DNA of 64,000 nucleotides from Raillietiella orientalis (taxonomy: Eukaryota). The notes below the pieces were generated by a model, which was not told the origin of the DNA, searched no databases, and worked only from the letters and a program-made list of their open reading frames with translations. Within the stretch, counting starts at the first letter, position 1. Every line of letters begins with the position of its first letter. Below are positions 24,827-36,608 of the stretch, one piece after another. The stretch covers positions 434,001 through 498,000 of the forward strand of contig JAYWIR010000062.1 of NCBI GenBank assembly GCA_036172245.1. The letters are read 5' to 3'. Made by a program: the position numbers and the translations under genes.

Positions 24827-27729
24827 CGGCAGCGTACACCCGTGGAGATGTGCAGATCGAGATGTGCAGCAGCGACCGATGCTTACACGAGCGTGAAAGG
24901 TAAACGGGGAAAAAAGAAAACGCCTTCGGTACTTTGAGCTTGCTCTGGACAAATCCAAAGTCCCTGTGTTTTCCCATGCCTTTATGCGAACGAATGGGAG
25001 TCGATGACATGGCAACTGTTGGGAGCCAAGCAGAACATCAGTAACATGAATATGTTATGAGTTCTCGGAACTTATGAAGGCGAATCGCATCTATTTAATA
25101 ATAGAAGTACGCGGAAGTGTACACAAACATCGGGCACCACATGTTCCTGCATGCATGCGTCTTAGCCATGCACGTACATAATATGAGCGCCAGATATTAT
25201 GGGATGCATCTGTTTCGGAAAATTGCACGGCACGTTGTGCGGTTAAATGCATGGCGCACGCTTATGTGCTCGGTCGTGCACGCGAGGGCCTGGTGGATGT
25301 GCTGGCGGAAATCCTTACTACCTCCTCTCTGAGGAATTCCTGTCCTGCAAACACCAACACAAGGGTTGGCTCATTCGCCTGGACGTATGGTGAGACTCGG
25401 CGCCTGCGTCGCATCTCTTTCACCTATGTATGTGCGAGTCGTCTTCGGCGCTATCCAAGATCGGCGCTTGAGCCACCGCGACTGCCCGGTTGTGGAATGG
25501 AGGGGTGGGTGACCGCGAGACTGCGCGACTCCCCCACCTCGAAGGCTGCTTCGAGATGCAGGGATGAAAAGCAGCCAGACGGGGGCCGCCTCCGGCTGGA
25601 ACACAACTGACCCCCTGCAGTGTTGATCGTGGAGAAGAAAGGGTGGCATCGGCTGCGGGCGCAGTCTTTGGAAATTCCACGAAGAAGCGCAAAGCTGCTG
25701 CTGAACCGTTGAAGGGTCCTGGCAAGAGGGAAGGCGCGGCTGTTTCACATTTTGCTCTGGACCGAAAGCACAAGGGGAGGTTCCCCGCTGAGCGAAAAGG
25801 CAAGTGGGTTCCATTCAGAAGCCGCGCGGAGAGAGAGGGATGCGCGACGGGGAGAGGAAGGACGGGCAGAGAGGCGGAAAAGAGCAACAGGAGAGATCAA
25901 AAGCCCTCTTTTTTTCTGTCTTCCAGGAAAGGACACAGATAGGTGGCTGTGACCGTTGGCCTCCACGTAACTCCTTTTCTCCTCAAAATTGGAAGCCTGA
26001 GCGACGTTGCATCTCAAAGTTCTTTCCTCCCTTCTTCGGCTCAGCAGAGAGCCGAAGACGGAAGGTAAGAATAAGTGATCCGAATCGGAAACTCGGAAGG
26101 ATTCAAAAGTTTCCTTCCTTAAGCCCAAGGAGCTTCATTTGGACCAAGAAATTTGTCTTCGTGGAAATGGAGACCATGGGAGCTTTAAAGAAAGGAGTTG
26201 CGAAGATCAATGCAGTACCGAGTTGAGCAAGAAGGTGGATTAAAAAAAAACTCTTCGACAGAGCACACGCTCCTTCTTCTCTCTCACGCTTCGTGCTCCA
26301 CGTTCCCATCCCTGACTTCTTCAGGAGCATTTTCCCGTTGGTGGATCCCCGGAACTTTACCTCTTCTCATTCAGGGACGTGTCCGCCCTTCCCACTTCCG
26401 TCCCTTCCCGTCTGTCTCCGCCTCTTCCCCCTCAGCCCTTCCTACGCTTGCACAAGCTGTGTGCTTGGAAAGACGCGATCGCGCAGATGCAGGACTGCTA
26501 CTCAATGAACAAGAGCAGGAAGGCAGGACGGGGAGCGATCCCATCCCGAGTGCCCCTCCCGCATGCACCAGCGATCGACAAATTCTCCTCGGAGGAGGGA
26601 GAGGGACAGACAGGCAGGCAGGAGCCAGGGATCCTTGCGAAAAGTGCAGCGAAAACGAAGCAAACGCGCCCTCTATCTGCCAGCGAGGATCGGCGGCCCC
26701 CGGAGCAACCCAATCTCCGCTGTCTAGGTGGTGTTTCACGCGTCCGCGAGACGGAGGACTGTTACGTGTCCGCGAACGCGTGCCACCCCTGTCCATCGCA
26801 GATGATGCGCGGCTTCAGTTCCGGCCGTCTGCTGGAGTTATACAGAAGGAATGCTCCATCAGAAGCCGCGATTCTCGCCTCGAGTTTGCATCTGCTGCCA
26901 AGAATGTCTGAGCTCCACCCTCGCGCCTTCTTCTAGCACCCCGCCTCCCTCTCTCTCCCAAGCAAACCTCGGGCGTTTGAGCGGCAGCATCTTTCAGCAT
27001 CATCCCTCGGCACGCAGGCACAACTCCTGCGCTCAAGATGGTTGTGCTACTTCCGCTGCTGTGGCCTCGTGCGGCGGAAGTCAGGAGTATGCCGTTCTGA
27101 TCCGCTCCCACTCGTTCTTTTAGCCCCTTAGTGGCCACAGCAGCAACTCAGGGGTGCTGAGACAGCAGGACCCGCGAGCGAGGTCTCGGGAGGACGCCGC
27201 CACCTTCGACCAGGGAACGACGATATTCTTCCAGTCAAGTCCGGGACAGCGCGAGCCAGCCTACTCTATGGCAGATGAGAAGGCAAGGACCATTCTGCGG
27301 CTTCCTGAAGGGTGCGAGAAGGACGGGAGAGGAAAGAACATTTCCCTCCTTGCTCCCCTCATGGGAAGGAGGCGGCGGTTCCGGCTTGCTAGGCCCCAGT
27401 CAGAGGCAGACAGCGGCGGTTCGCAACCTTCTCCATGTGCAGTCAGAAGAAAAAGCACCGTGGGAGCAAAAAGATCCCACCTGAAGTCGGACGGTGGGCA
27501 TGGAGTCACGGAAGGCTCTGAGATGCTCCCTATGCTTCGATCTCCTTTGGAAGGGAACTGCTCCGGGTTGGCCGGAAGGAAGGAAGCAGTGGGGATGAGA
27601 GACTACCTTGTGGAAGATCACGAGAAGTCGTTGTGAAGAGTACGGACCCTTCCTAGCACTTTTGCGTGAGTCACAGAGGCGCGGGTCCGGAGGGAAGTAG
27701 TGGAGTCGCCCGCGGGACGAGCAGGATAG

Positions 27730-28010
27730 CGCGCTTTTGCAAGCAGGACTAATACTGTTTTCGTACGTTGCGCCCACTTGGAGCGCGTGAGCGCCAAGTG
27801 AGTTCCAGAAAATTCCTCTTGCTTTCTCTCCACCCCACTTTCTGCTTCTGGTAGTGGTCTTTCGCTACAATGGCTGATGTCTCTTCCGGTGGAGCTTTGG
27901 CCGTCGGGCATAGCAGTCCAAACTCCGAAGGGAGGGTCTTCTGATGCCCTTTTTCTCCAGAGGTTCTTTTCGGGACAGTTAGTCGGACAACTCCTTCCCG
28001 CTCCCTCTGT
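27730..28010 (-). mobile_element. Possible decayed 3' end of an RTE-like non-LTR retrotransposon
   Basis: Minus-strand translation ..VWTAMPDGQSSTGR...LALTRSKWAQRTKTV loosely fits the RTE C-terminal pattern W-x-P-x-G-(K)R-x-x-GR ... LA-x-x-R-x-x-W. Weak similarity only. Confidence 0.25.
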
Positions 28011-31000
28011 TCCTCCGCTTGCGAAAGGCCCTTGAGGAAGGGCACACAGCCTCATGGTGTCCCCAACAGAGCTGGAAAAGAGATGACCTCTTCGTAAGGT
28101 GAAAGGTGGTCTGCTGTCACGAAGCGTTGGTATGGGCTCTGAGAATGCGTCGAAGGGTAGGCGTAACGCACCTTCATGCCTCATGCGGGAGAGGAATGGA
28201 TTTTCTTTACCCCACATGATGATGAAGCGGAGGAGTCCCCGATGCCATTTGTGCCTCTGACTTCCAGGGATGGCTGCCACGGCGGGGCGGGTCGCTGCAA
28301 TGGACCAACAGCGTGACGCCGGAATAAGCCTCGTCCTCCTTTCCTCTGACCCCACCCTTCCCCGAGCCCTCCGCACAGGACCAAGAGACCTTTAGAACGG
28401 AACTCCTGAGTCCGGAATGGGATCGAAGGGGAGGAAGGAATCTCGAAACAAGCGCAGGCATCGGCAGAGAAACGTGGAGGATAGTGGAGATTCTGCCTTC
28501 TGCTTAAGGTTCGGAAGCCACCCCAAGCAGCGCGCCGATCTCCCTTGGAGGTGACTCAGCCAAGCAGATCCTCAAGAGTAATCTCACCAGCATCTCTTTG
28601 CCATCCCATTCGTTCTTAGAGGGGGAGGGTGCGCGAGATCTCCTTGTCTTTTCGCGTCTCTCAAAATGGCGAAAGAGAGGGGGCGGTTTCCGCCCGCGGG
28701 ACACGTCATGTGTCACGGAGGCGCCGTTGCCTCGCTCCCACACGAGCGTCATGCTGAAGGAGGAAGGTCGTGCGCTCCTGTGACAGCGAAGAGAGGGAGC
28801 GGCAGCGACAGCGGGGCTTCCCTGTTCCCCATTCTCTCGCATCCTAAACCTTTCTCTCCCGTCTGCCTCCCCTCCAAGGGATACCCACATCTCGACGCAA
28901 AAGTTCTGGCTGCTGAAGCAGCCTCCTCTCCCTAGGGCTGCCACTGGGCAGGCCACAACACAGGTCATCCGGGCTGAGCCGGGGAAGATCCTGTTTTTTC
29001 CTCGTGTTTCATCTCTACTAATCTCCCTGCGGCAGAGGGCGCTCACAGTGACGATTGCCACGAGAGCTGCTATCTTCCCCCATGCACCCGACGTCTGCCT
29101 TTTGCAAGCTGGTCGGATCTGCTGCGGTGCACCCGGTGTCTGACTAGAGCTTCCAGGTCTTTAGGCTGCTCTTCGTCGTCAGCGCACTGCTGTGTCCGGA
29201 TAATGCTGGGAAAAGCGCGAAGAAGCATCGTATTCCGTTCCAGAGACAAAAGTTTTCAGTGGGAAGGTTCGTTCCTTCCCATCCTCTTTTCCAGGAACCC
29301 GAAGATGCTCCACAGAGGCTCAAATGCTCCCCTCTCCATCCTAGCGAGCAGGACCCAAACTGGGTCTTACATGCACACGCACGGGCTTCGTAGGTGGTGC
29401 AGTGGAGACAGAAAGCGTTCCCAGGGAGAATCCCTAAATGCATCTTAGAGAGAAGGATTTCTTCAAATTCCTTCCTAGATGAAACCAGCCTGCGGGCTGC
29501 TTGCTTGGATCCTCCACGTGAAACGATGCCGCCCGCCGCCGATGGTTTACGAAAAGCTGCTTTGTTGTATCCCTTCCCCCTTTTTCCTTGGTCGGCATTG
29601 ATGGAAACCTTTTCGATTCGATTGGATCCATTGTCGATCCCACATATGTGAGCCTTTTTTCTTCACGAAACGCACCTTGCTTTCCACCTCCACCATTCAC
29701 ACAAGAATTTCCCCTCTTGTGTGCCGCCCCTAGGTCAAGGGATGACTGCCACTGAAGAGTAACAGGAGGAGGAGGCGCTTTTCGTTCGAACTGGTCGTTG
29801 ATGCTCCAGTCCCACCCTCTAACCCTTACTTACCCCAGACCGGTCAAGAGGATGCCGAGGCGGCTGCAGGCTCGGAGTGCTCCCCTTGAAGGCCCTATAC
29901 ATTTGCGCTAGCTCTCGGAGCTCTAACGGAGACCCCGAGATGACGAGGGAGACCGGCAGTTTGATCACTGAGGGGCATGCGGGACGAGAGGCGACGGAGC
30001 CGGGAGGCGACTGGGGTCGGAAAGCGGACGAAACCCTTCCCCTCCTCCTGTTTTCTCCTACTGCTCGCATTCTCTCGCGTTCCCCTGAACCGCAAGGAGT
30101 CTTGCTCTCGACCGGTCCTGCGCTCCCCTGGAAGCGTCATCGAAAGTATCGAGGACGTGTGGAGCAGGATGGGGGGGCAAGAAGACCCCCACCGTCGCAG
30201 CCGTTCCCTCTCTTCGCTGCTACCACAGGAGCAAGAGACCTTTTTCCTTCAGCAGGACTCTCGCGTGGAGGCGAGCTACAACTCCTCCGCAACACATGAC
30301 GTGTCCTGAGAGCGGAAGTCGCTCCCTCCCTTACGGCGGTTTCCGAGCCGCCGCCATCTGGAGACGAGACGAAGCAAAGCGGCGCTCACCCTCCTCATCA
30401 TTTGCCGTCGGTCCGGTTTCGGGTCTTCCAGCTCATGCAGGACGCTGGTGGTGCCAAATGCGGCTCAGGGGCGGAGGAGGCACCACCGCCTGGGCGCCAA
30501 GAGAGCAGCATGCGGGCGTGCACCACGGAGGAAGAGGACCTCGGACGAGGAAGGAAAAGCGCTGCAGAAACACCGCCTTCTTGTCGGATCGACAGGCCCT
30601 CGTGAACCAACACGACGAGTGGGGGTGGGTGCTGCTCCACCCCCTCTCGGAGAACCTTTCCGCGCTCGAAGGCTGCCTCCCTGGGTAGGAAGGGAAGCAG
30701 AGGCTGGTAAAGGCGGCGTATTCTGCCTAGTGCAAGGCAACGGTCCTTAGCGACGAGTCGTTGTGAGTGGATGCGCGGGCTTGACGGCGAAGTGCATCCT
30801 CCAGCCGCGCGGCTCTCCAGCTCCCGCCGGAGTGCGGGGCCCTCCTCGCCTTCCCGTCGAGGCTCCTGCTGCGGGTGTCCGTGCAGGTGGACGAATGGGC
30901 CCTCGCGACGTGGTTCGCTCGCAAAAGGGCAGGACATAACCAGGCAGTGGACGAGAAAGGACACGAGACGCTCTGATGAATTCTCGGCCAGCCTCCGGTT

Positions 31001-34000
31001 GCCAAGCGGCGTTTTCCCGGAGATGCGTGGCTAATGCGTAAATTAGATACGATCGGGAAGAACCGGAGGAGGGGAGTGGAAACGGGTTTAAAAAAAGGGG
31101 GCGAATGAGGGGGCAAGAGGCTCAAGAGCGCCTGCGTAGCCTCGGAAATCTTTCGAAAACACCAAGTGAACAAAAAAAATAAAGAAAGAAGTGACGTGGA
31201 TGGAATCTGTCGGAAACCATGGGAGAGGAACGAAAAGGTCGCCTCCGTCGCCTTTGAATACTCCATCCCTTTGCCAGCGCAACTCTAGGATGCTCCACCT
31301 CATGACACTGCTGGCGAAGGACATCACGAGCAGAGCTACCAGTGAGTCCACGAACGACTGCGGCAGAAAAAAAAAAAAAAAAACAGGAAGGAGGGAAGTG
31401 AGAAGTGGCAGCTTTCCGTTCTGGCCTACAGACCTGGAGTCCGCGGGATGGGCGTCTCACGGCTTTCGCCGAGAAGCGGGGAGACGCTTCTGGGGGGAGC
31501 AGCAGGTAGGCAGGCAGCCATTGCGGACAGGGGCGCGTCGCACCGCGACTGCGCAGAGTCCCCATCCTCCATGCAACGACCCATTCTCCGGTCGCATTCA
31601 CCACACAACGAGTCAGCCGAGACAAGGGTGGGGCACCCGAAACGCTCGCGAGCGCCTGACAGGTTTGCCGCTCGCAAGGCTGCAGAGGACTCTCGCGTCG
31701 ATCCATAAGTTCGTCTCCTGGACTGAAAGGGAGGAGGCCAGGGAAGGAGCAGCGTGCACCACCGAAGCCTTGGCGACCGCCGCAGGATGAGGATCCCCTC
31801 CTGGAACCGGCGGCGCAAGAGTCCACTTGCTGTCCGGCTTTGCCCGTGATGGTACTCGCAATCCCGCCGCTGGCGTACCACTGCTGCTGCCCCCTCGCCG
31901 TTGAACGGCCCGCGCATCCAGGTTCCCCGATTGGACGCTAGGTGGCAGCAGAGGCCGAAGAAAAGCGCGACGGCTCTCACGCGGTGCAAAAGCGCACCGT
32001 TCCTTCTTCCTGTTGCTTCCGCTTCGCCCCACTCTGACCTACACGGTCAGGCATGCTGCACTCTGGAGAGGCTGAGAGGGGACCCCTCGAGGTGAATCGC
32101 TGCGGGGTGCATTCCTCGCGAGAAACGGCGTGCGGGGGGGAAGACTGGGGGATGAACGACAGGAGAATGGGTGCCCTCGACTGCTGCCCCAGTGGGGTTC
32201 GTGCGGGAGGGTAGTGGTCACTCCACGGGGGCGCCAATAAGGAGCTCGCTGGCCGCTGCAGTTTCCGATGTGCCCTCTCCCCCCCACCCGGTAAGGGAAT
32301 CCTTAGGATGCGTTCCCTTCACCATTCGCTCCTCTTCTTACCTACCTCTTGGCAACCGGCCGGGAGGGCGAGGAGACCCTTCTATGCCATCTCGCGTTCA
32401 GGTGCCCCTACGGATCCTCCAGCTGCCAACTTGGGAACCTCCTCCCCCATTCAGTAAGGGGAATAGGGGGATGGGGAGAAGAGCTCTCTCCTCTCCTCTC
32501 CTCGTTCTCACCACCCCCTCCACCCACACAGCCGCAGTAGTGGCTGCCCTTTGCTCATCGAAACCCCTGAAGACGGGCAGGGGAGTGACAGTCGTCGGGC
32601 AGCCAGAGCGTCTGGAGCCTGAAGCACTCCTGCTCATCTTGTGGCTTCTGGGTAGGCGACCCAGCTTCTCACTTCGACGACCTGTGGCTTGGTTCGGACC
32701 CCTTTCTGACCTTGTCTCCGGAGGGGTCTGCCGGATAAGTGGGACCGGATGGAGGTGGCGCTTCTGGAGGGAAAGCGTCTCCAGCGGGACGTCACCACAG
32801 GGACGTCCCCGCCGCATCAGGGGGTCGGGGTCATCTGCTAGCCCACGGGCCGGTTTTTGCTGGAAGACGCCGGTGACCTCAGCGCTTACCTGAAAGGCTC
32901 CCATTCCGCCGGAGCTCCTCCTCCCTATCCTCGACAACCGCATTCCGCGTGGCCGTGGTCCCTCCACATCCGCCTTTTTATCCCTCTTCCCTCGCGCCCG
33001 GAAGTCCCTGCCGGAGGAAAAGAGGAAACCTCATCCGGAAGGGTGCATGACCCTCCTTCCCGGAATCGGAGGATCCTCCTCCCCTGCAGCCTTCCCAGGG
33101 GAGTCTGCTGCCCTCGGGCCGAGGGCCTGCTTTGGGGTTGGGATGACCCCTATCTGCGCGCTCTCAAGCTGCACCGCCAGGTTGCTATCCCGAAAGAGCG
33201 GTGGCCGGAGTCCCTGCTGCTGCCAAGAGGGGGGGGAATGCGTTCCCTATTAGCTGCAACGGCAGCTGCATTCCCATCCAAGGTACCTCCGTTCAAGGTT
33301 CGGGAATTTCAGCTCCGAACGTTCGCAGGTGCGACAGGGAGCAATCCGCCGTCGTCTCCCGGGGCCACGCGCGGCTGCGGCAGGAGCGAGCGTTGCATGG
33401 CGACGTAGTGCTCCGCTATGACTCCGGGTCCCCTTGGTGGTCTCCCCGAGGGTCGATTGGACCCGGGAACCCACGATGAAGATTGAGCTCCAAGTTCTCG
33501 GTTGCGTGTCTTCCCCTCATGGGTTGAGAACGCCACTCTTCCCCACAGGTTTCCCCACAGCCTTGCGCATGGGCAGTATCGTAGGCAAGGAAGGCGACTG
33601 AGCCGCGATTATTGCTAGTTGAAAACTTTCCCCACAGGCTGTTCCACAGGCGAGACTCAGTGCGCCGAAGAATAAGGACGACGCAGGACGGGTTGGCCAG
33701 GTCGTCTTTTGGGAAACGCTTTCGAAACTGGCTTCTTAGGTACCTGCTGTCACCTAGCGTCCGGTCGTGGAATCTGATTGTGCGTGTCGCCCAACGGCGA
33801 GAGGGTAGCAGCGCGGTGATATGGCAGAGACAGGGCGGCGGCATTCAGCACCAGGACCAGCAGTGTGAAGCCAGATGGCCCCATCTGGAATGTATGCGAA
33901 TGGAACTTGTCGGCATCCTGGAAAGGATGTAGAGGACGGCCTGCAGCGGAACCCCGGTGATCCCTTCCCCAGTCTCCCCCCCCTGCTTTTGTAAATAGAG

Positions 34001-35389
34001 TTTTCTTTATTTTTCTTTTTGTTTGCCCCCTCCCCCTCCACTGCCGGGTCGAACCTCGCCTGCCTGCGTGCCGGTGACTCGGCAAGTTCCGAACACTGTC
34101 GGACGCTGTAGGGCCGATGGCCCTACACATGCTTGTTTGTTGTTGAAATAATCGCTCCGGCGCACCCGGGTGTCAAAGCAGGGCGAAGCGGGACGACGGC
34201 AAGTTGACCCGCGCGCCTCCGGTTCCAGGAAGGAACCCGTATTCTGAAAGGGAAGGGGAAGGGGAGGAGACTGAGAAGAATACGACCAAAGATGCTCCCC
34301 CTCCTCCTCTCCGTACCTTCCTTCTCTGTCGTTTCTCCGTTTTTCCATCGTCCTCGTCTTCCGCTTCCAGGCTTTCCAAGTGGCTGACCTATCGAACATC
34401 TGTTTGTCCTTTGTGGAGGCTCTGAGCTCGATTCCCACTTTTTCGTTTTTCGGTAAACGCCCTGGCATGACCTCCCCATCCCGGATAGGCGGGACACCCG
34501 TTCAAAACGAATCGATCCAACTGGAACATCAGAGAAGGACCGACGTGCGTCGTCCCGAAGCCAAATGGAGGAATGGAGGGAGAGGAGGAAGAGCAATAAA
34601 GAAGGAAACAAATAGGGGATAAGATCGACCAGCCCCACGGTGCTCAATGTGGTTCTCGTGGGTATGCGCCCGGCGGTGGGAAGGGTCGCCACTTGCCCCA
34701 CTTCCTGGATCGGGCTATTTCGCAGCCCTCCGCATGCAGGCGAGGGCGATCTCAAGCGGCTGCCCGGGATGTCGGTCGCGACCTTCTTCTGCCAGTTTGG
34801 CGGTCGACGTCCCTGCATGTGAAAGACCCCGCTGCTAGGGGCGAGGCGACCAGAGGCGAGCCCAGAGACACGATTCTCTCATCCTTCCTTCCGCAAGGGT
34901 CTACTGGGGCGGCATCGTGAAACCGAGGCGCTTCCCATCCCTAACCCGACCTCACGCATTCCAACAGTGCCTGCGGGAGCGTCTCCACTGTCACGCAACG
35001 GGAATGGGGGAAAAAGGGGCTCATTGCTTGGTCACCCTCCTTTCTGAGGCGCGGTTGCATTACTCGCTTCGGTGGGGCGCCCGGCGGGTCAACAAGATGG
35101 CGTCCTGCTGGCACCAGAGGGGGAGGACGGAAGCATCGGCGTGGGAGCGCGGGACCTTGAATTTCCCTCGGGGGATTCCACCCATCTTCGGGGACCTCGA
35201 GCTGAGACTTTTTGGGTGACCTCGTCCTCCAGGAGAGAAGTTTTCTACCTGGTGACCCCAGAGATACTGCAGATCACCTCCCACACTCCTCTTCCTCCCG
35301 ATCCCGACGGACTCATGACGCCCTCGTCAGCCATACGCTGGGATCCGGGGAGGGGGACAGCATGGTCCAGCACCCACGACTGTGTCCGG

Positions 35390-35464
35390 TCGCCTCCTAT
35401 GACTTCGATAAGATAGCAAACGTCTACGATAAGAGCGATAACCAAAACGCTTCCCATAAACCAT
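35390..35464 (-). pseudogene. Truncated capsid protein N-terminus (Arg/Tyr-rich arm) of the CRESS element
   Basis: GCT ATG G start at 35464 encodes MVYGKRFGYRSYRRRLLSYRSHRRR, typical of the basic N-terminal arm of circovirus/CRESS capsids. It is divergent from rep across the origin and runs into GC-rich host-like sequence after ~25 codons. Confidence 0.7.
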
Positions 35465-35528
35465 AGCCACAAGATCCCCCCCTCCGTCCGGGATCAACTT
35501 ACCACAACGCACACACAGATGTAAACAA

Positions 35529-35573
35529 CTCAAAGGTCAAGAGGGTAACACTATATATACTCTTGACCTTGAG
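35529..35573 (-). promoter_or_regulatory. Rolling-circle replication origin stem-loop with nonanucleotide TAGTGTTAC
   Basis: Perfect 11-bp inverted repeat AAGGTCAAGAG (35533-35543) / CTCTTGACCTT (35560-35570), extendable by CTC/GAG with one bulged A. The 16-nt loop reads TATATATAGTGTTACC on the minus strand (nonanucleotide 35553-35545), one base from TAGTATTAC. Confidence 0.9.
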
Positions 35574-35619
35574 CTCACATACATAAACCCTGCACTTGAA
35601 CCGAGTCCTTCCAAGCAAC

Positions 35620-36608
35620 GTGCCGTACGCTGTACGTACCAACCGGTGCTTAACGTTAAACAACTACACGGCTCACGAAGGAGAAATACGAAAAAAGTGG
35701 TGAAGTGTTAAAAAAAAGTTCTTACGCCATACTTGCAAAAGAAACAGCAATTCGAGGAACCAATCACATACGAGGATATTTCCAATGAATCGACCCAACA
35801 ACTATACCCAAATTAAAGGAGAATATATATACTTCAGACGGGCACACATGGAATCGAGCAGAGCCACTCCTAAACAAGCAGCAGATTGCTGTACAAAGGA
35901 AGACCTTGGATATACGGACGACTCCAAACAGAAATCAAAATCAACACCTGCAAAAAGGTAAACAAGGAATACGAACATACACCAACGAAGACTTCTTTAC
36001 AGATTCAAGACCGCGGACACGACGGAAAGAATGGAAAGTGGACATGGGAGGAGAAGGCGGACGTGTGTGATGAACATCGACAACTTACAAAGGACACAAT
36101 ACGATTCACCGCATTTTATAAGTCCGACCCTATGGAAGGCAAAGCCTTACAGCAGCGGCAGAAGAACTTGACAGATGTAATAAGAAAGGGACCAAACGAG
36201 GGAGATATACATTGGTTTGCTGATTGCCAGGGGAATTCTGGCAAAACGACAATTGCAAAGCACATATATCCCAAATGTGATGCATTATACTTAAACAACT
36301 GCAAGAAAGCTGATGCAACATATGTGTACAATGGACAAAAAGTAGTTATCATTGACTTAACCAGAGATGACCAGGAAATGATAAACTATGGCCTGATGGA
36401 AACCATAAAAAAATGGAATACTTTGCTCTGCAAAGTATCAAAGGCGCGCGAAAATGTTTCCAAGTCCGCCGGAGTCATCATTCATGCCGATGTGGATCTC
36501 ACCTACGAAAAAATGAGTTCAGATCGATGGATAGTCCACTTCGTAAACGAAAGAAATAAACAAACAACAAAACACGTAATAAGAAATGTGTATTCTTCAG
36601 AACGTTAA
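35620..36608 (+). pseudogene. rep: CRESS virus replication-associated protein (HUH endonuclease + SF3 helicase), frameshifted
   Basis: Putative degenerate start GTG at 35620. Motif I RCLTLNNYT (35644-35670), motif II GTNHIRGYF (His at 35765), motif III AHME..Q..DCCTKED (Tyr->Cys at 35887), Walker A DCQGNSGKT (GNSGKT 36231-36248), Walker B VVIID (36342-36356), NYGLMETIK-NG..SAKY, motif C-like VIIHAD, SSDRW. Stop at 36608 with AATAAA at 36555. Confidence 0.93.

Noticed and set aside
35620..36608. Helitron or bacterial plasmid Rep
   Set aside because: The helicase is SF3 rather than Pif1/SF1, the gene is ~1 kb, and it is paired with a nonanucleotide hairpin and capsid-like arm.
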